In this document: one piece after another, positions 1 to 9,666 of the stretch
How positions within the stretch are numbered: position 1 is the first letter of the stretch
How the letters are laid out: each line of letters opens with the position of its first letter
Assembly (NCBI GenBank): GCA_963732385.1
Contig: CAVSZB010000005.1
Coordinates: 128,001-192,000, forward strand
DNA: 64,000 nucleotides
Reading direction: 5' to 3'
Source: an uncultured bacterium
GTDB taxonomy: Bacteria; Krumholzibacteriota; Krumholzibacteriia; LZORAL124-64-63
Made by a program: the position numbers and the translations under genes
The notes under the pieces: generated by a model
The model's input: only the letters and a program-made list of their open reading frames with translations
Database searches by the model: none
Told to the model about the DNA's origin: nothing

Positions 1-311
1 TCGCCGACGATGCCGACCGTGGCGAGGCGGAACTGCGCGTCGTCGCGCAGCGTGATGGTCTGGTCCAGCAGCACCGTCACGCGCACCACATCCTCCACCA
101 TCTCGAAGCCCATCACCTTGCCCATGCGCATGCCGCGCACCTGGACCCGGTCGCTCACCTGCAGGCCGTCCACCGCGGGGAACTCCACCTGGTAGCGCAC
201 CATGCTCCCGGCGAAGCGGAACTGCTTGAACCAGAGCAATCCGAACACGAACACCAGGGTGGAGAGCAGCACGCAGACTCCGACCTGGATCTCTTTCCGG
301 CGCTGCATCAT
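1..311 (-). CDS. mlaD: MlaD/MCE family substrate-binding protein (5' part; runs off window)
   Basis: Translated by hand: MMQRRKEIQVGVCVLLSTLVFVFGLLWFKQ...FPAVDGLQVSDRVQVRGMRMGKV (TM anchor plus MCE domain). GGAGG RBS; lies downstream of mlaE-mlaF. Confidence 0.88.
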   Translation of the reverse strand, partial: MMQRRKEIQVGVCVLLSTLVFVFGLLWFKQFRFAGSMVRYQVEFPAVDGLQVSDRVQVRGMRMGKVMGFEMVEDVVRVTVLLDQTITLRDDAQFRLATVGIVG

Positions 312-350
312 GGCGGCCTCCGTGGCGGACCCGCGTCCGCGCGTCAGGGC

Positions 351-1163
351 TCAGAACAGTCCCAGGGGGCCCTGGGCGCTGCCTTCGATGAACTGCCGCA
401 CCGCCGGATGGTCGGTGTGGCGGGTATTATCGACCGTGTCGGCGTGAATGATCCTCCCGCGACTCAGCATGGCGATGCGGTCGCCGATCTTGAAGGCGCT
501 CGCCATGTCGTGCGTCACCGCGATCGAGGTCACCTTCAGCTCCCGCTGCAGCTTGAGGATCAGGTCGTTGATGGCGTCGCCCGTGATCGGATCGAGTCCC
601 GTCGTCGGCTCGTCGTACAGGATGTACTGCGGCTGCATGGCGATCGCGCGGGCGAGCCCGGCGCGCTTGCGCATGCCGCCCGACAGCTCCGAGGGAATCT
701 TGGCCTCCACGCCCGCCAGCCCCACCATCTCGAGACACTCGCGCACGCGGTCGCGGATCTCGCCGGGGGTCATCGCCGTGTGTTCCTTCAGACCGAAGCC
801 GAGGTTTTCGCCAATGGTCATCGAGTCGAACAGCGCGGCGCCCTGGAACAGCATGCCGAAGCGCTTGCGCAGCTCGAACAGCTCCGGCCGCTCGGCGCCC
901 GTGATCTCGGCGCCGTCCACCCAGACCCGGCCGGCGTCCGGCTCGAGCAGCCGGACCATGAGCTTGAGCAGGACCGACTTCCCCTCGCCGCTGCGCCCGA
1001 TGATGACCACGGTCTCGCCGCGGCGGATCAGGAAATCGAGACCGTCGACCACCTTCCGGCCGCCGAACGATTTCGTCACGCCCTGGATGGCGATGCCGGC
1101 GTGCGATGCCGGGTCGGCCAGGCGGAAATCGGGCAGCGGGCGGGTGTCGGCGGTGTTGGTCAT
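351..1163 (-). CDS. mlaF: MlaF-type ABC transporter ATP-binding protein
   Basis: GRSGEGKS Walker A, FQGAALFDS, LSGGMRKRAGLARA, YDEPTTGLDP. Start taken at MTNTAD (1163), overlapping the mlaE stop. Confidence 0.92.
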   Translation of the reverse strand: MTNTADTRPLPDFRLADPASHAGIAIQGVTKSFGGRKVVDGLDFLIRRGETVVIIGRSGEGKSVLLKLMVRLLEPDAGRVWVDGAEITGAERPELFELRKRFGMLFQGAALFDSMTIGENLGFGLKEHTAMTPGEIRDRVRECLEMVGLAGVEAKIPSELSGGMRKRAGLARAIAMQPQYILYDEPTTGLDPITGDAINDLILKLQRELKVTSIAVTHDMASAFKIGDRIAMLSRGRIIHADTVDNTRHTDHPAVRQFIEGSAQGPLGLF

Positions 1164-1948
1164 GTCTCGAAAATCACCTGGAAGAGGACCGTGGCCAGCA
1201 TGTAGTCGGCGACGAGAATGGACAGGCAGCTCGCCACGACCGCTTTCATGGTCGCGTCGCCCACCCCCTCGGCGCCCCCCTCCGTGTTGAACCCGTAGAA
1301 GATCCCCGACAGCGCGATGATGCCGCCGAAGAAGAAAGACTTCATCAGGCCGCTCAGCAGATCGGACGACTTGAAGAACATGAGCAGCCCTTCCCGGAAG
1401 GTGCCGCTCGTCACGTCCAGCGTCGCCACCGAGACGAGGAACGCGGCCACGACGGCGATCGCGTCCGAGAATACCGTGATCACCGGCAGCATCAGCACCG
1501 CCGCCACGAAACGCGGCATCGCCAGATAGCGCACCGGATCGACCGCCAGCATCTCCATGGCGTCGAGCTGCTCGGTGACCTTCATCGTGCCGAGTTCCGC
1601 GGCGTAGTTCGCGCAGAGCCGGCCGCCCACCACGAGCGCCGTGATCACCGGACCGAGCTCGATGAAAACCGACTTGGAGATCACCGTGCCCAAAAACTTC
1701 ATCGGGACGTAGGCCTGCATCTGGTAGACGCCCTGCACCGCCGTCACCGCGCCGACGAAGATGGACGTCGTCAGCACCAGCGGCAGCGAGCCGATGGCCA
1801 CGACGTACATCTGCGCCAGCACTTCCCGGCGCATCCGCCACACCGACGGGAGCTGCCTGATGATGTCGCGCAACAGGGTAAAGCCACGACCGGTGCCGGC
1901 CAGGGCCTCCAGGGAATGTCTGCCGACAGCGCGGGACAGGGGGAACAT
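1160..1948 (-). CDS. mlaE: MlaE family ABC permease
   Basis: ELGPVITAL..GR..A..AAELGTMKVTEQLDAM and GGAEGVG.AT.KAVV motifs. Start uncertain (ORF open to 2092). Confidence 0.9.
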   Translation of the reverse strand: MFPLSRAVGRHSLEALAGTGRGFTLLRDIIRQLPSVWRMRREVLAQMYVVAIGSLPLVLTTSIFVGAVTAVQGVYQMQAYVPMKFLGTVISKSVFIELGPVITALVVGGRLCANYAAELGTMKVTEQLDAMEMLAVDPVRYLAMPRFVAAVLMLPVITVFSDAIAVVAAFLVSVATLDVTSGTFREGLLMFFKSSDLLSGLMKSFFFGGIIALSGIFYGFNTEGGAEGVGDATMKAVVASCLSILVADYMLATVLFQVIFET

Positions 1949-2054
1949 GGTCCGCCGAATATAACCGGGGGGCGCGGGGGTGTCCACCGGGGCGGACAGG
2001 CGCGGCACGACGGTTGCGTGGGGCGCGGCCTTCCCCGGCCCGCGAGGAGGCGCC

Positions 2055-4355
2055 ATGACATCCCGCTTCGTCACCCCGCCCCGCCCCGCCACTTTGCCGG
2101 CCCGGCGCCACCCCCCGCGCGCCGCGCGTCTGGCGACCGCGGTCGTCGTCGCGCTGGCGCTCCCGGGAGCCGCGCCGCCGTCACCGTCGGACGTCGCCCA
2201 GCGCTACCAGAACACCTGGGCCAAGGACTTCGTGATGGACGCCCCCTGGCGCGTCGTCAACGCAACCACGCCGATCCCGCTCCTGGTCGTCCTCAAGGAC
2301 TGCGAGGCGGACGAGATCGCCGCCCTGCGCTGGCTGCGCTGCCGCGACCTGACCGGCGGCGCCGCCGTCACCCTCTGGCTGCACGACGGGGAAGACGAGC
2401 GGATCGGCGACGACCCGCCCGAGCGTGACTGCTGCGCCTGGCTCACCACGGTCACCGAGGGCCATCCGGCGCTGCCCGACGGCACGCCGCTCACGCCGGC
2501 GAATCTCGGCTACCGGGCGGGCGACACCATCACCCTGGAGATGTCGATCCGCTTCCGCGACAACCTTTTGTGGGACGAGACCGCCACTCGCATCCTGCGC
2601 GTGCGCGTGGGCGACGGCCCGTTCCCCTGGCCGTCCGGCTGGCACGGCGGCGATCTCCACACCCATTCCATGTTCACGAACAACATCGCCGAATGGGGCG
2701 CCCCGCTGCCGGCGTTGCGCGCCGCGGCGACGGCGATCGGCCTGGGCTGGGTCGCCGTCACCGACCACTCCTGCGACCTGGACCAGACGGTTGACGGCCC
2801 GTGGTCCTATGTCACTCGGGAGTGGCAGTACACCGTGCAGACGCCGGCCGGCGAGCAGACTTTCACGCGCGACGTGTTCGCCAACGACGGCACGACCTGG
2901 GGCGGCCTCACCGCGGAGATCGCGTTGGCGGACGGCCCCGGGCTGCGGCTGCTGCGCGGGGTGGAGTTCAACCTCGCCTCGGTCGATCCCGCCACCGTCG
3001 GCCGTACGCTGCACGCCCTGTTCCTCGACGCCGGCTACCTCGCCTCGCCGTTGAGCGGTGCGCCGGGCGAGCGCCCCGTCTTCCCCACGGTGCCGGCCGG
3101 CCTCGACGCCCTCGCCGCCGCCGGCGGCTTCGCCTTCGCCGCCCATCCGTGGGACGACCTCGCCAGCGAATGGGCAGGCGTCGACCTCGGCGTCAACGGC
3201 GCCGTCTGGGGCGCCGGCGATTTCGCCGCCGCCCTGCCGCGCGACTGTCTTCCGCGGCGTGGAGCTGTTCAACACCCGCACCCTCGTCCGCTCGGACGAC
3301 GAAAACGATCCCTGGGCCGACTTCGGCGCCGGCCTCCCCGCCGCGAACCCCTACCCCGCCCCACTGCTGGCCGGCCTCGCGCTCTACGACGCCCTGCGTG
3401 CGCACCGGCCTTACCGGCTGGCCGCAGCGCCGCCTGTTCCTCGCCGCCGGCAGCGACGCCCACGGCGACTTCGACTACGCCACCCACCTCGGCCTCGACG
3501 ACTGGGCCGACGACAACGCCCTCGGCAGGGTCCAGACCGTGCTGCGCGTTCCTGGCCCCTGGGGCCCCGGCAACGCCCCCCCCGCCGCCGACCTCCTCGC
3601 CGCCCTGCGCGACGGCCATTCGCTCGTCACCGACGGACCGTTCCTCGAACTCGCCCTCGACACCGACCGCGACAACTCCCCCGACGGCCCCACCGACCTC
3701 CACCCCGGCGACGCCACCCGCGTCAACCCCGCCACCTGCCCCCCGCTCCTGCTGCGCTGGGCCTCCCTGCCGGAGTTCGGCCCCGTCGCCCTGGTCCGCC
3801 TCCTCGCCATCACCCCTACCGGCCTGTGCGAACTCGACACCCGCGACCCCCGCCTCACCGGCCAGGCCTGCGCCGGCTCCGCCACCGTCCTGCTGACGTC
3901 CCGCGGCCTGACCGGCCCGGTCGCCCTGCGCGCCGAACTGACCACCGCCGACAACGCCGCCGGCCACCGCGCCTTCACCAACCCGCTCTGGCTCGACTTC
4001 AACCCCATCATCGCCATCGACCCCACAGACCCCGCCGATCCCGGCGACCCCGCCAACGCCCCCCGCCCCGACGCCGTCCTGATCCTGGCCCCCGCCGCCC
4101 CCAACCCCGCCGTCGCCACCACCACGATCCGCTTCACCCTCGGCAAACCCGCCCCGGTCACGCTGACCATCCACGACCTCGCCGGCCGCCGCGTCCGCCG
4201 CCTGCTCGACGGCCGCCCGCTGCCTGCCGGTCCGCACACCGCCACCTGGGACGGGCGCAACGACACCGGCGCCCCGGTCGCCGCCGGCGTCTACGCTCGT
4301 CCGTCTCACTGCGGGTGGTCATCGGCGCGGAGGCTTGGTGCAGATATCGCGGTAA
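2055..4355 (+). pseudogene. Secreted PHP-domain (CehA/McbA-like) metallohydrolase with C-terminal FlgD-Ig domain, split by three +1 frameshifts (or sequence errors)
   Basis: GAGGAGG-ATG at 2055. PHP motifs GDLHTHS, VTDHS, AAHP and GSDAHG lie in different frames. FlgD tail TIRFTL..V.L.IHDLAGRRVRRL...TWDGRNDTG..VAAGVY. Shifts near 3243, 3398 and 4295; restored stop TAA at 4353-4355. Confidence 0.75.
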
Positions 4356-4632
4356 TGGCGCCGCCCGGCGCGACCGTCTCCGCCGGCAGAAGAGCCCGGG
4401 TGCAGGGGACCCCTGGAGAGCGCGGCGCTGCGTCGCGGTTGACACGCTGGCCCGATTCCGCGACGATCACGACAGCCTGCCCCTCAATATCGACCTCGCG
4501 GTTGAGGGCGCGCTTTGCGCAGACAGTGCCAATGAGTTCGGCTGACATCGATGCCGCAGCGGGACAACCAGCCGTAATATTCTCCCGATACGCGTGTCGG
4601 CAGACCGGATCTCGGCGCGAGGTGACATCGCC

Positions 4633-5460
4633 TTGGCGGCTGAAGAGACCACAGATTCGGAAAACATCTTCCGCACCGAAGCCCTCGCGCACCGACGCCT
4701 GGGCGGCCGGCGGCAGGGCGATCTTTTGCGTCTGTCACCCGGCTGGATGGGCTGGACCTACCGCCTCATGCTGGGCTTCTTCGTGGCGGCCGTGCTGTTC
4801 CTCTGTCTGGGTCGAATGGACGAGTACGCCACCGGTCCCGCCGTCGTCCGGTGCAGGTTCATGACCGAAGTGACCAGCCCGGTTTCGGCCCTCGTGCAGG
4901 AAGTCCCGGTGATTCCGGGGACAAGAGTCAGGGCCGGACAACTCCTGGTGCGCCTGGGTGACGCAGGGCAGGTCACGGCCCCGACGGACGGTGTGATCCG
5001 GGACGTGCGCGTCCGCCCCGGCCAGTCGGTCACGTCAGGCCAGCCGCTGGTGACCCTCTCGGGGCCGGACAGCCAGCTGACCCTGATCGTCATGCTGCCC
5101 GGGGATTTCCGGCCGCAGCTGGCGATCGGCCAGCCGGGACGGTTCGAGGTTGCCGGCTACACCCGCCTGTACCAGTCCGTGGTTCTGAGCGGGATCGCCG
5201 ATGATCTTGTCGGCCCGACCGCGGCCGCCCGCTATCTGGGCCGGGACATGGCGAACGCCACCACGGCCGGCGGCCCGGTCGTGCTGGCGGAGGCCTCACT
5301 CGATGCGGAATCATTCACCGTCGACGGACAACGATACAATTTCGCGGACGGCATGCAGGGCCAGGCGCAGTTCCGGGTCCGCTCCATCCCCATCATCCTG
5401 AATCTTGTCCCGGGTCTGCGCGGCTTCTGGGAGGTGGGCAACCGTGGCGTCGCCGAATGA
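4633..5460 (+). CDS. HlyD-family membrane fusion/adaptor protein
   Basis: IFRTEAL N-terminal motif, one TM segment, lipoyl half-motifs (V.PG.RV.AGQLLV; VTAPTDGVI..V.VRPGQ.V..GQPL), GMQGQA C-terminus. TTG start after GAGGTG (ORF open from 4594). Confidence 0.8.
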   Translation: MAAEETTDSENIFRTEALAHRRLGGRRQGDLLRLSPGWMGWTYRLMLGFFVAAVLFLCLGRMDEYATGPAVVRCRFMTEVTSPVSALVQEVPVIPGTRVRAGQLLVRLGDAGQVTAPTDGVIRDVRVRPGQSVTSGQPLVTLSGPDSQLTLIVMLPGDFRPQLAIGQPGRFEVAGYTRLYQSVVLSGIADDLVGPTAAARYLGRDMANATTAGGPVVLAEASLDAESFTVDGQRYNFADGMQGQAQFRVRSIPIILNLVPGLRGFWEVGNRGVAE

Positions 5461-7684
5461 AACGCCCCCACGCCGCCGGCGCCGCCTGCCGGGGCGTTTT
5501 CCGGCCCTGCTGCGTCTGCCGCGCGGCAGGAACCGCGGCAGGATTCCCTACATCCAGCAGAACACCGCCGCCGATTGCGGATCGGCCTGCCTGGCGATGG
5601 TGCTGGCCTACCACGGGCGAAAGGTGCGGCTCGACGTGGTGCGCGACAGCGTGGGCGCCGGGCGTGACGGCGCCAACGCGCTGGACCTGGTCCGGGCCGC
5701 GCGTCGTTACGACCTGCGGGGCCGCGGCGTCACGTTGGATCTCGCGGATCTGGACCGAGTGCCTCCCGCGTCGATCCTGCACTGGAGCTTCGATCATTTC
5801 GTCGTCTACGAAGGCCGCGACAAGCAGGGCATCCGGCTGGTGGACCCCGCCCTGGGACCTCGCCGCGTCTCCTACGAGGAATTCGGCCAGGACTTCACCG
5901 GCGTGGCATTGATATTCGAGCCGCTGGAGACCTTTGCCACCGGTCGGGACGCCGAACGCCCGGTCTGGGGTTATGTGCGCCGCGTGCTGACGCGCTCGGG
6001 ACTGTTGACCAGAATCGTCCTTCTGACCGCCATGGCCCAGATCATAGGGCTGGGGCTGCCCATCCTGACCGGCACGCTGGTGGACAGGGTCATCCCCCGG
6101 GGAGACCTCGGGCTGATGCAGATCCTGGCGGCCGGGTTCGCCGGACTGCTGGTCTTCAATTTCCTACTGTCCTGCCTGCGCGCCTTCCTCCTGCTGCAGC
6201 TGCGCACCGAACTCGATGCGCGCATGACGCTCGATTTCCTCGATCACATGTTCGACCTGCCCTATCCCTTCTTCCAGACGCGGTCCGCGGGCGACCTGAT
6301 CATGCGCCTGAACAGCAACTCCGTGGTGCGGGAGATCATCACCTCCAGCGCTCTGTCGGGAGCCCTGGACAGTGTCCTGCTCCTGTCCTACCTGGTGCTG
6401 CTGCTGCTGATCTGCCCGCTGCTGGGCGGACTCGTGCTGCTGCTGGGCTCCCTGAGAGTGGCGGTCTTCCTGGCCACCCGCCACAGGATCAGGAATCTGA
6501 TGACCGAGAACCTGGCCAAGGAGGCCCGGTCCCACGGCTACCAGGTGCAGATGTTCATGGGGATCGAGACGCTCAAGGCGGCTGGCGCGGAGCCCCGCGC
6601 GCTGAATCATTGGTCGCATCTGTTCGTCGACGTTCTCAACGTCAACATCAAACGCGGACGCCTCGACGCGCTGGTCCAGTCCGTCGTCGGCAGCCTGGGC
6701 TTTGCGTCGCCGCTCGTGATCATGCTCACGGGTGGCTGGCTGGTGATTCGGGGAGATTTGAGCCTGGGGACCATGCTGGCCCTCAACGCCCTCGCCCTGG
6801 GCTTCCTGACCCCTCTTTCCTCGCTGGTCAGCACCGCCTTGTCCTTCCAGCAGCTGGGCAGCTACGTCGACCGTCTCGACGACGTCCTGGCTACGCCCAG
6901 GGAGCAGGATCCCGACAAGGTCGTGAGCGCGCCACGGATCCGGGGCGGTATCCGTTGCGAGAATGTGATCTTCAAGTACGCGGTCAACAGCCCGCTCGCC
7001 ATCGACGACATCTCGCTGGAGGTGGCGCCGGGGCAAATGGTCGCCATCGTCGGGCGCTCCGCGGCGGGCAAGACCACTCTTGCCAATCTCATGCTCGGGC
7101 TGTACCGGCCGACCCAGGGACGCGTCCTCTACGATGGCATTGATCTGACCGGCCTGGAGGCCCGCAGTGTCCGATCGCAGCTGGGCGTCGTCACGCAGCA
7201 CACACACCTGTTCGGCGGATCCATCCAGGAGAACATCGCCCTGGCGGATCCGGAACTTTCCCGCGATGAGATTGAGGCCGCCGCCAGACTGGCCCACATC
7301 CATGAGGAAATCATGGCCATGCCGCTGGGCTACGACACGATCCTCTCCGAGGGAGGGCTGTCGCTGTCGGGCGGCCAGCGCCAGCGGATCGCCCTGGCGC
7401 GGGCGCTGGCCCGCAATCCGGCCATTTTGTTCCTGGATGAAGCCACGAGTTCTCTCGACGCCCAGATCGAGGCGAAGATCCAGGCCTCCCTGGCCGGGGC
7501 GGGCTGCACCCGCATCGTGGTGGCGCATCGTCTCAGCACGGTGCGGGACGCGAGCCTCATCCTCGTACTGGAAAAGGGCCAGCTCGTCGAACAGGGCACG
7601 CACGCCGAACTGATGCGAGCGAACGGCCTGTACGCCCAGCTCGTGCTGGCTCAGTCGTCGGGAGAGACGATCAGCAGGGCCTGA
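5444..7684 (+). CDS. Peptidase C39-containing ABC transporter (PCAT; bacteriocin/RiPP processing exporter)
   Basis: QQNTAADCGSACLAM (catalytic Cys), HWSFDHFVV (His), DPA (Asp), TM domain, GRSAAGKT, LSGGQRQR, FLDEAT, VAHR. GGAGGT RBS before GTG at 5444. Confidence 0.93.
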   Translation: MASPNETPPRRRRRLPGRFPALLRLPRGRNRGRIPYIQQNTAADCGSACLAMVLAYHGRKVRLDVVRDSVGAGRDGANALDLVRAARRYDLRGRGVTLDLADLDRVPPASILHWSFDHFVVYEGRDKQGIRLVDPALGPRRVSYEEFGQDFTGVALIFEPLETFATGRDAERPVWGYVRRVLTRSGLLTRIVLLTAMAQIIGLGLPILTGTLVDRVIPRGDLGLMQILAAGFAGLLVFNFLLSCLRAFLLLQLRTELDARMTLDFLDHMFDLPYPFFQTRSAGDLIMRLNSNSVVREIITSSALSGALDSVLLLSYLVLLLLICPLLGGLVLLLGSLRVAVFLATRHRIRNLMTENLAKEARSHGYQVQMFMGIETLKAAGAEPRALNHWSHLFVDVLNVNIKRGRLDALVQSVVGSLGFASPLVIMLTGGWLVIRGDLSLGTMLALNALALGFLTPLSSLVSTALSFQQLGSYVDRLDDVLATPREQDPDKVVSAPRIRGGIRCENVIFKYAVNSPLAIDDISLEVAPGQMVAIVGRSAAGKTTLANLMLGLYRPTQGRVLYDGIDLTGLEARSVRSQLGVVTQHTHLFGGSIQENIALADPELSRDEIEAAARLAHIHEEIMAMPLGYDTILSEGGLSLSGGQRQRIALARALARNPAILFLDEATSSLDAQIEAKIQASLAGAGCTRIVVAHRLSTVRDASLILVLEKGQLVEQGTHAELMRANGLYAQLVLAQSSGETISRA

Positions 7685-7703
7685 CCCGCCGCCATGACCC
7701 CTG

Positions 7704-9215
7704 TCAAACCAATTGCATATTCCTGAGCCAGTCCAGGCCCTCGGGGCCGGCGTTTTTCATGGTCAGGTAATCCTTGAAGACCTGGTCCATTCTCGCGCGG
7801 GTCTGTTCGCACATCTGTTCGGAGATAACGATATCGGCGGTTCCATCGGCCTGCCAGTGGTCGGCCATGTGCACGAAGCAAAGACCGCAATGGCGAACGG
7901 CCCAGCACTTCCTGCAGCGTTCGGCCAGCGAGTCCACGAGCTTCTCGTAGAGATTGTGGATCATCGGCATGTCGAACCCGGAATCGAGATGGCCGATAAT
8001 CATGTTGTCGCCACAGCGCTCGCACGGCATCAGGGAGCCATCGACCTTGACGTGCACCTTCCGCTGGCCGGGGCGGCAGCATCCCGTGGGGAAAACCTCG
8101 TCGGGCAGCAATGTGCGCGACCGGTTATGATACAGCGTGAGTTCCTTATCGAACATGGCCCGCACGGGCCGGGTCAGCTTTTGGTGCTTGCCGGCGATGG
8201 AGGCATTCAGATACTGACGGCGAAGCTCCGCGAATTCGGTCTGGAATTTGTGATTGCTGTTTTCGTCCATATCCCTGGGCTTGAAATCAATCCCCGCAAC
8301 GTCGGCAAACTGCAAGCCGACGGCAGGCGGCTCCGTAATGTTCCATTTCTTGTAGACGGGAAAGTCCGCGAAGAAGGCCACGGTTTCCTTCACCTCATAA
8401 GGAGGCGCCATCACGGCGTTGAAGCGAATCCGCCTGTGGAAACCGGGATCCTGGCCGAGCAGCCGCTCCAGGCCGGCGATCACCTGATCGAAGCTGTCCT
8501 GGCCGCCCCGGGTCCTGCGGTACCGGTCATGGATATGCCGGGGGCCGTCCAGGCTGATCTGAACATAGAATTTTTCCTCGGCAAGGTAGGCCGCGACCGC
8601 GTCGTCGATCAGCACGCCATTGGTGTCCAGGTGGAGCTGAACCTCCCGATCCCCCTGCAGTGAACGCAGGCGAGCCACGATTTCCCGGATGAGGTCAAAG
8701 CGCAGAAGCGGCTCCCCGCCGTAGAAGGACACGACCGGGACTTTCTTCTCTCCATTGCGGGCCATGAAGAACTCGATGGCGTCCAGGGCCGTTTCCTGCG
8801 TCATGCTGGCGTCGTTATGGGCTCTGGTTCCGGTCTTGTTCCTGGTGTAGGGGCAGTATTCACAGCGGAGATTGCACTGCTCGGTGAGAGTCATCTGCAG
8901 GTGCTCGATGGCGGACTCGTAAAGACCGGAACCGCTGCAGCAGGCACATTCGTGGATGATTGTCAGATCCCTGGGCGCAAGCGCCTGTTCGGCGGCGTTC
9001 AGCTCCCTGATCTCCTCGAGCGCGGCCTGCACCCGCTCACGGCCCCATTTCCGGTCAGCTGCCTGGCGCTCGGGTCCATCGGTGACCTTGTTCCAGACAG
9101 GAGCCAGATCGGCCGACACTTCATCGCATTCATAGATGTGGCTGGTCGCGGTGTCGAAGCAGAACCACCGGCCGTCGTGTTCGAAGGTGTGGCACAATAC
9201 GGTCTCATGTCCCAT
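7704..9215 (-). CDS. Radical SAM/SPASM peptide maturase with N-terminal RRE-like region
   Basis: TEQCNLRCEYC (CxxxCxxC), SFYGGEPLL, ISLDGP..IHDRYR. SPASM Cys set CCRPG...DGSLMPCERC...CRKCWAVRHCGLC...C. Lies directly downstream of a Cys-rich peptide gene. Confidence 0.92.
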   Translation of the reverse strand: MGHETVLCHTFEHDGRWFCFDTATSHIYECDEVSADLAPVWNKVTDGPERQAADRKWGRERVQAALEEIRELNAAEQALAPRDLTIIHECACCSGSGLYESAIEHLQMTLTEQCNLRCEYCPYTRNKTGTRAHNDASMTQETALDAIEFFMARNGEKKVPVVSFYGGEPLLRFDLIREIVARLRSLQGDREVQLHLDTNGVLIDDAVAAYLAEEKFYVQISLDGPRHIHDRYRRTRGGQDSFDQVIAGLERLLGQDPGFHRRIRFNAVMAPPYEVKETVAFFADFPVYKKWNITEPPAVGLQFADVAGIDFKPRDMDENSNHKFQTEFAELRRQYLNASIAGKHQKLTRPVRAMFDKELTLYHNRSRTLLPDEVFPTGCCRPGQRKVHVKVDGSLMPCERCGDNMIIGHLDSGFDMPMIHNLYEKLVDSLAERCRKCWAVRHCGLCFVHMADHWQADGTADIVISEQMCEQTRARMDQVFKDYLTMKNAGPEGLDWLRNMQLV

Positions 9216-9375
9216 CGTTGCTCCGCTTCTTCGGTGGCGACCGCATGATCGCCATCCTGCTGCATGTGGATTGATCCGTGTCAGGGCTCGCCCATTGTCC
9301 CGAGATGTCTGCGCCCTTCACCGTCCGCAGGGGGATTCCGCGGTATGGATGTGTCAGTTTTGCGTCAGGCAGCCA

Positions 9376-9403
9376 GCCGGCCCGGCGTGAACGCCGGGCC
9401 GGC
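9376..9403 (-). terminator. Perfect GC stem-loop between precursor and maturase genes (attenuator or mRNA stabiliser)
   Basis: gccggcccggcgt-ga-acgccgggccggc, a 13-bp perfect inverted repeat. No U-tract directly adjacent. Confidence 0.55.
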
Positions 9404-9483
9404 AGCGTCTGCGCACCTGCCTGGTCACCCTCGTGGCCGCAAGTGCGCGTCAGGACTTACACCTAGCGATTCACGAGGTTCGA

Positions 9484-9666
9484 CTAGGCATGGAAGTTGG
9501 TGGCGCTGACCGTGGCGGCAGCCTGATCCACCATAACGACGTAGTTTGTCGCGCCGTTGTTGAGTTCTGCGTCACAAGCGCAGATCTCGGGGCACACGCA
9601 CTTGCACCGAGTGTTGCCGGCGCCGGAAACTTCATTCAGTCTTTCGTCAGGAATCCGCTTGAACAT
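9484..9666 (-). CDS. RiPP precursor peptide (60 aa), double-glycine-type leader plus Cys-rich core
   Basis: GGAGG-acatc-ATG. MFKRIPDERLNEVSGA|GNTRCKCVCPEICACDAELNNGATNYVVMVDQAAATVSATNFHA. The L-x2-V-x-GA motif matches a C39 cleavage site. Confidence 0.85.
   Translation of the reverse strand: MFKRIPDERLNEVSGAGNTRCKCVCPEICACDAELNNGATNYVVMVDQAAATVSATNFHA

Noticed and set aside
9300..9375. c-di-GMP-I riboswitch (GACGCAAA on the minus strand)
   Set aside because: Lacks the upstream GGCAAA/GAAA-tetraloop stem.
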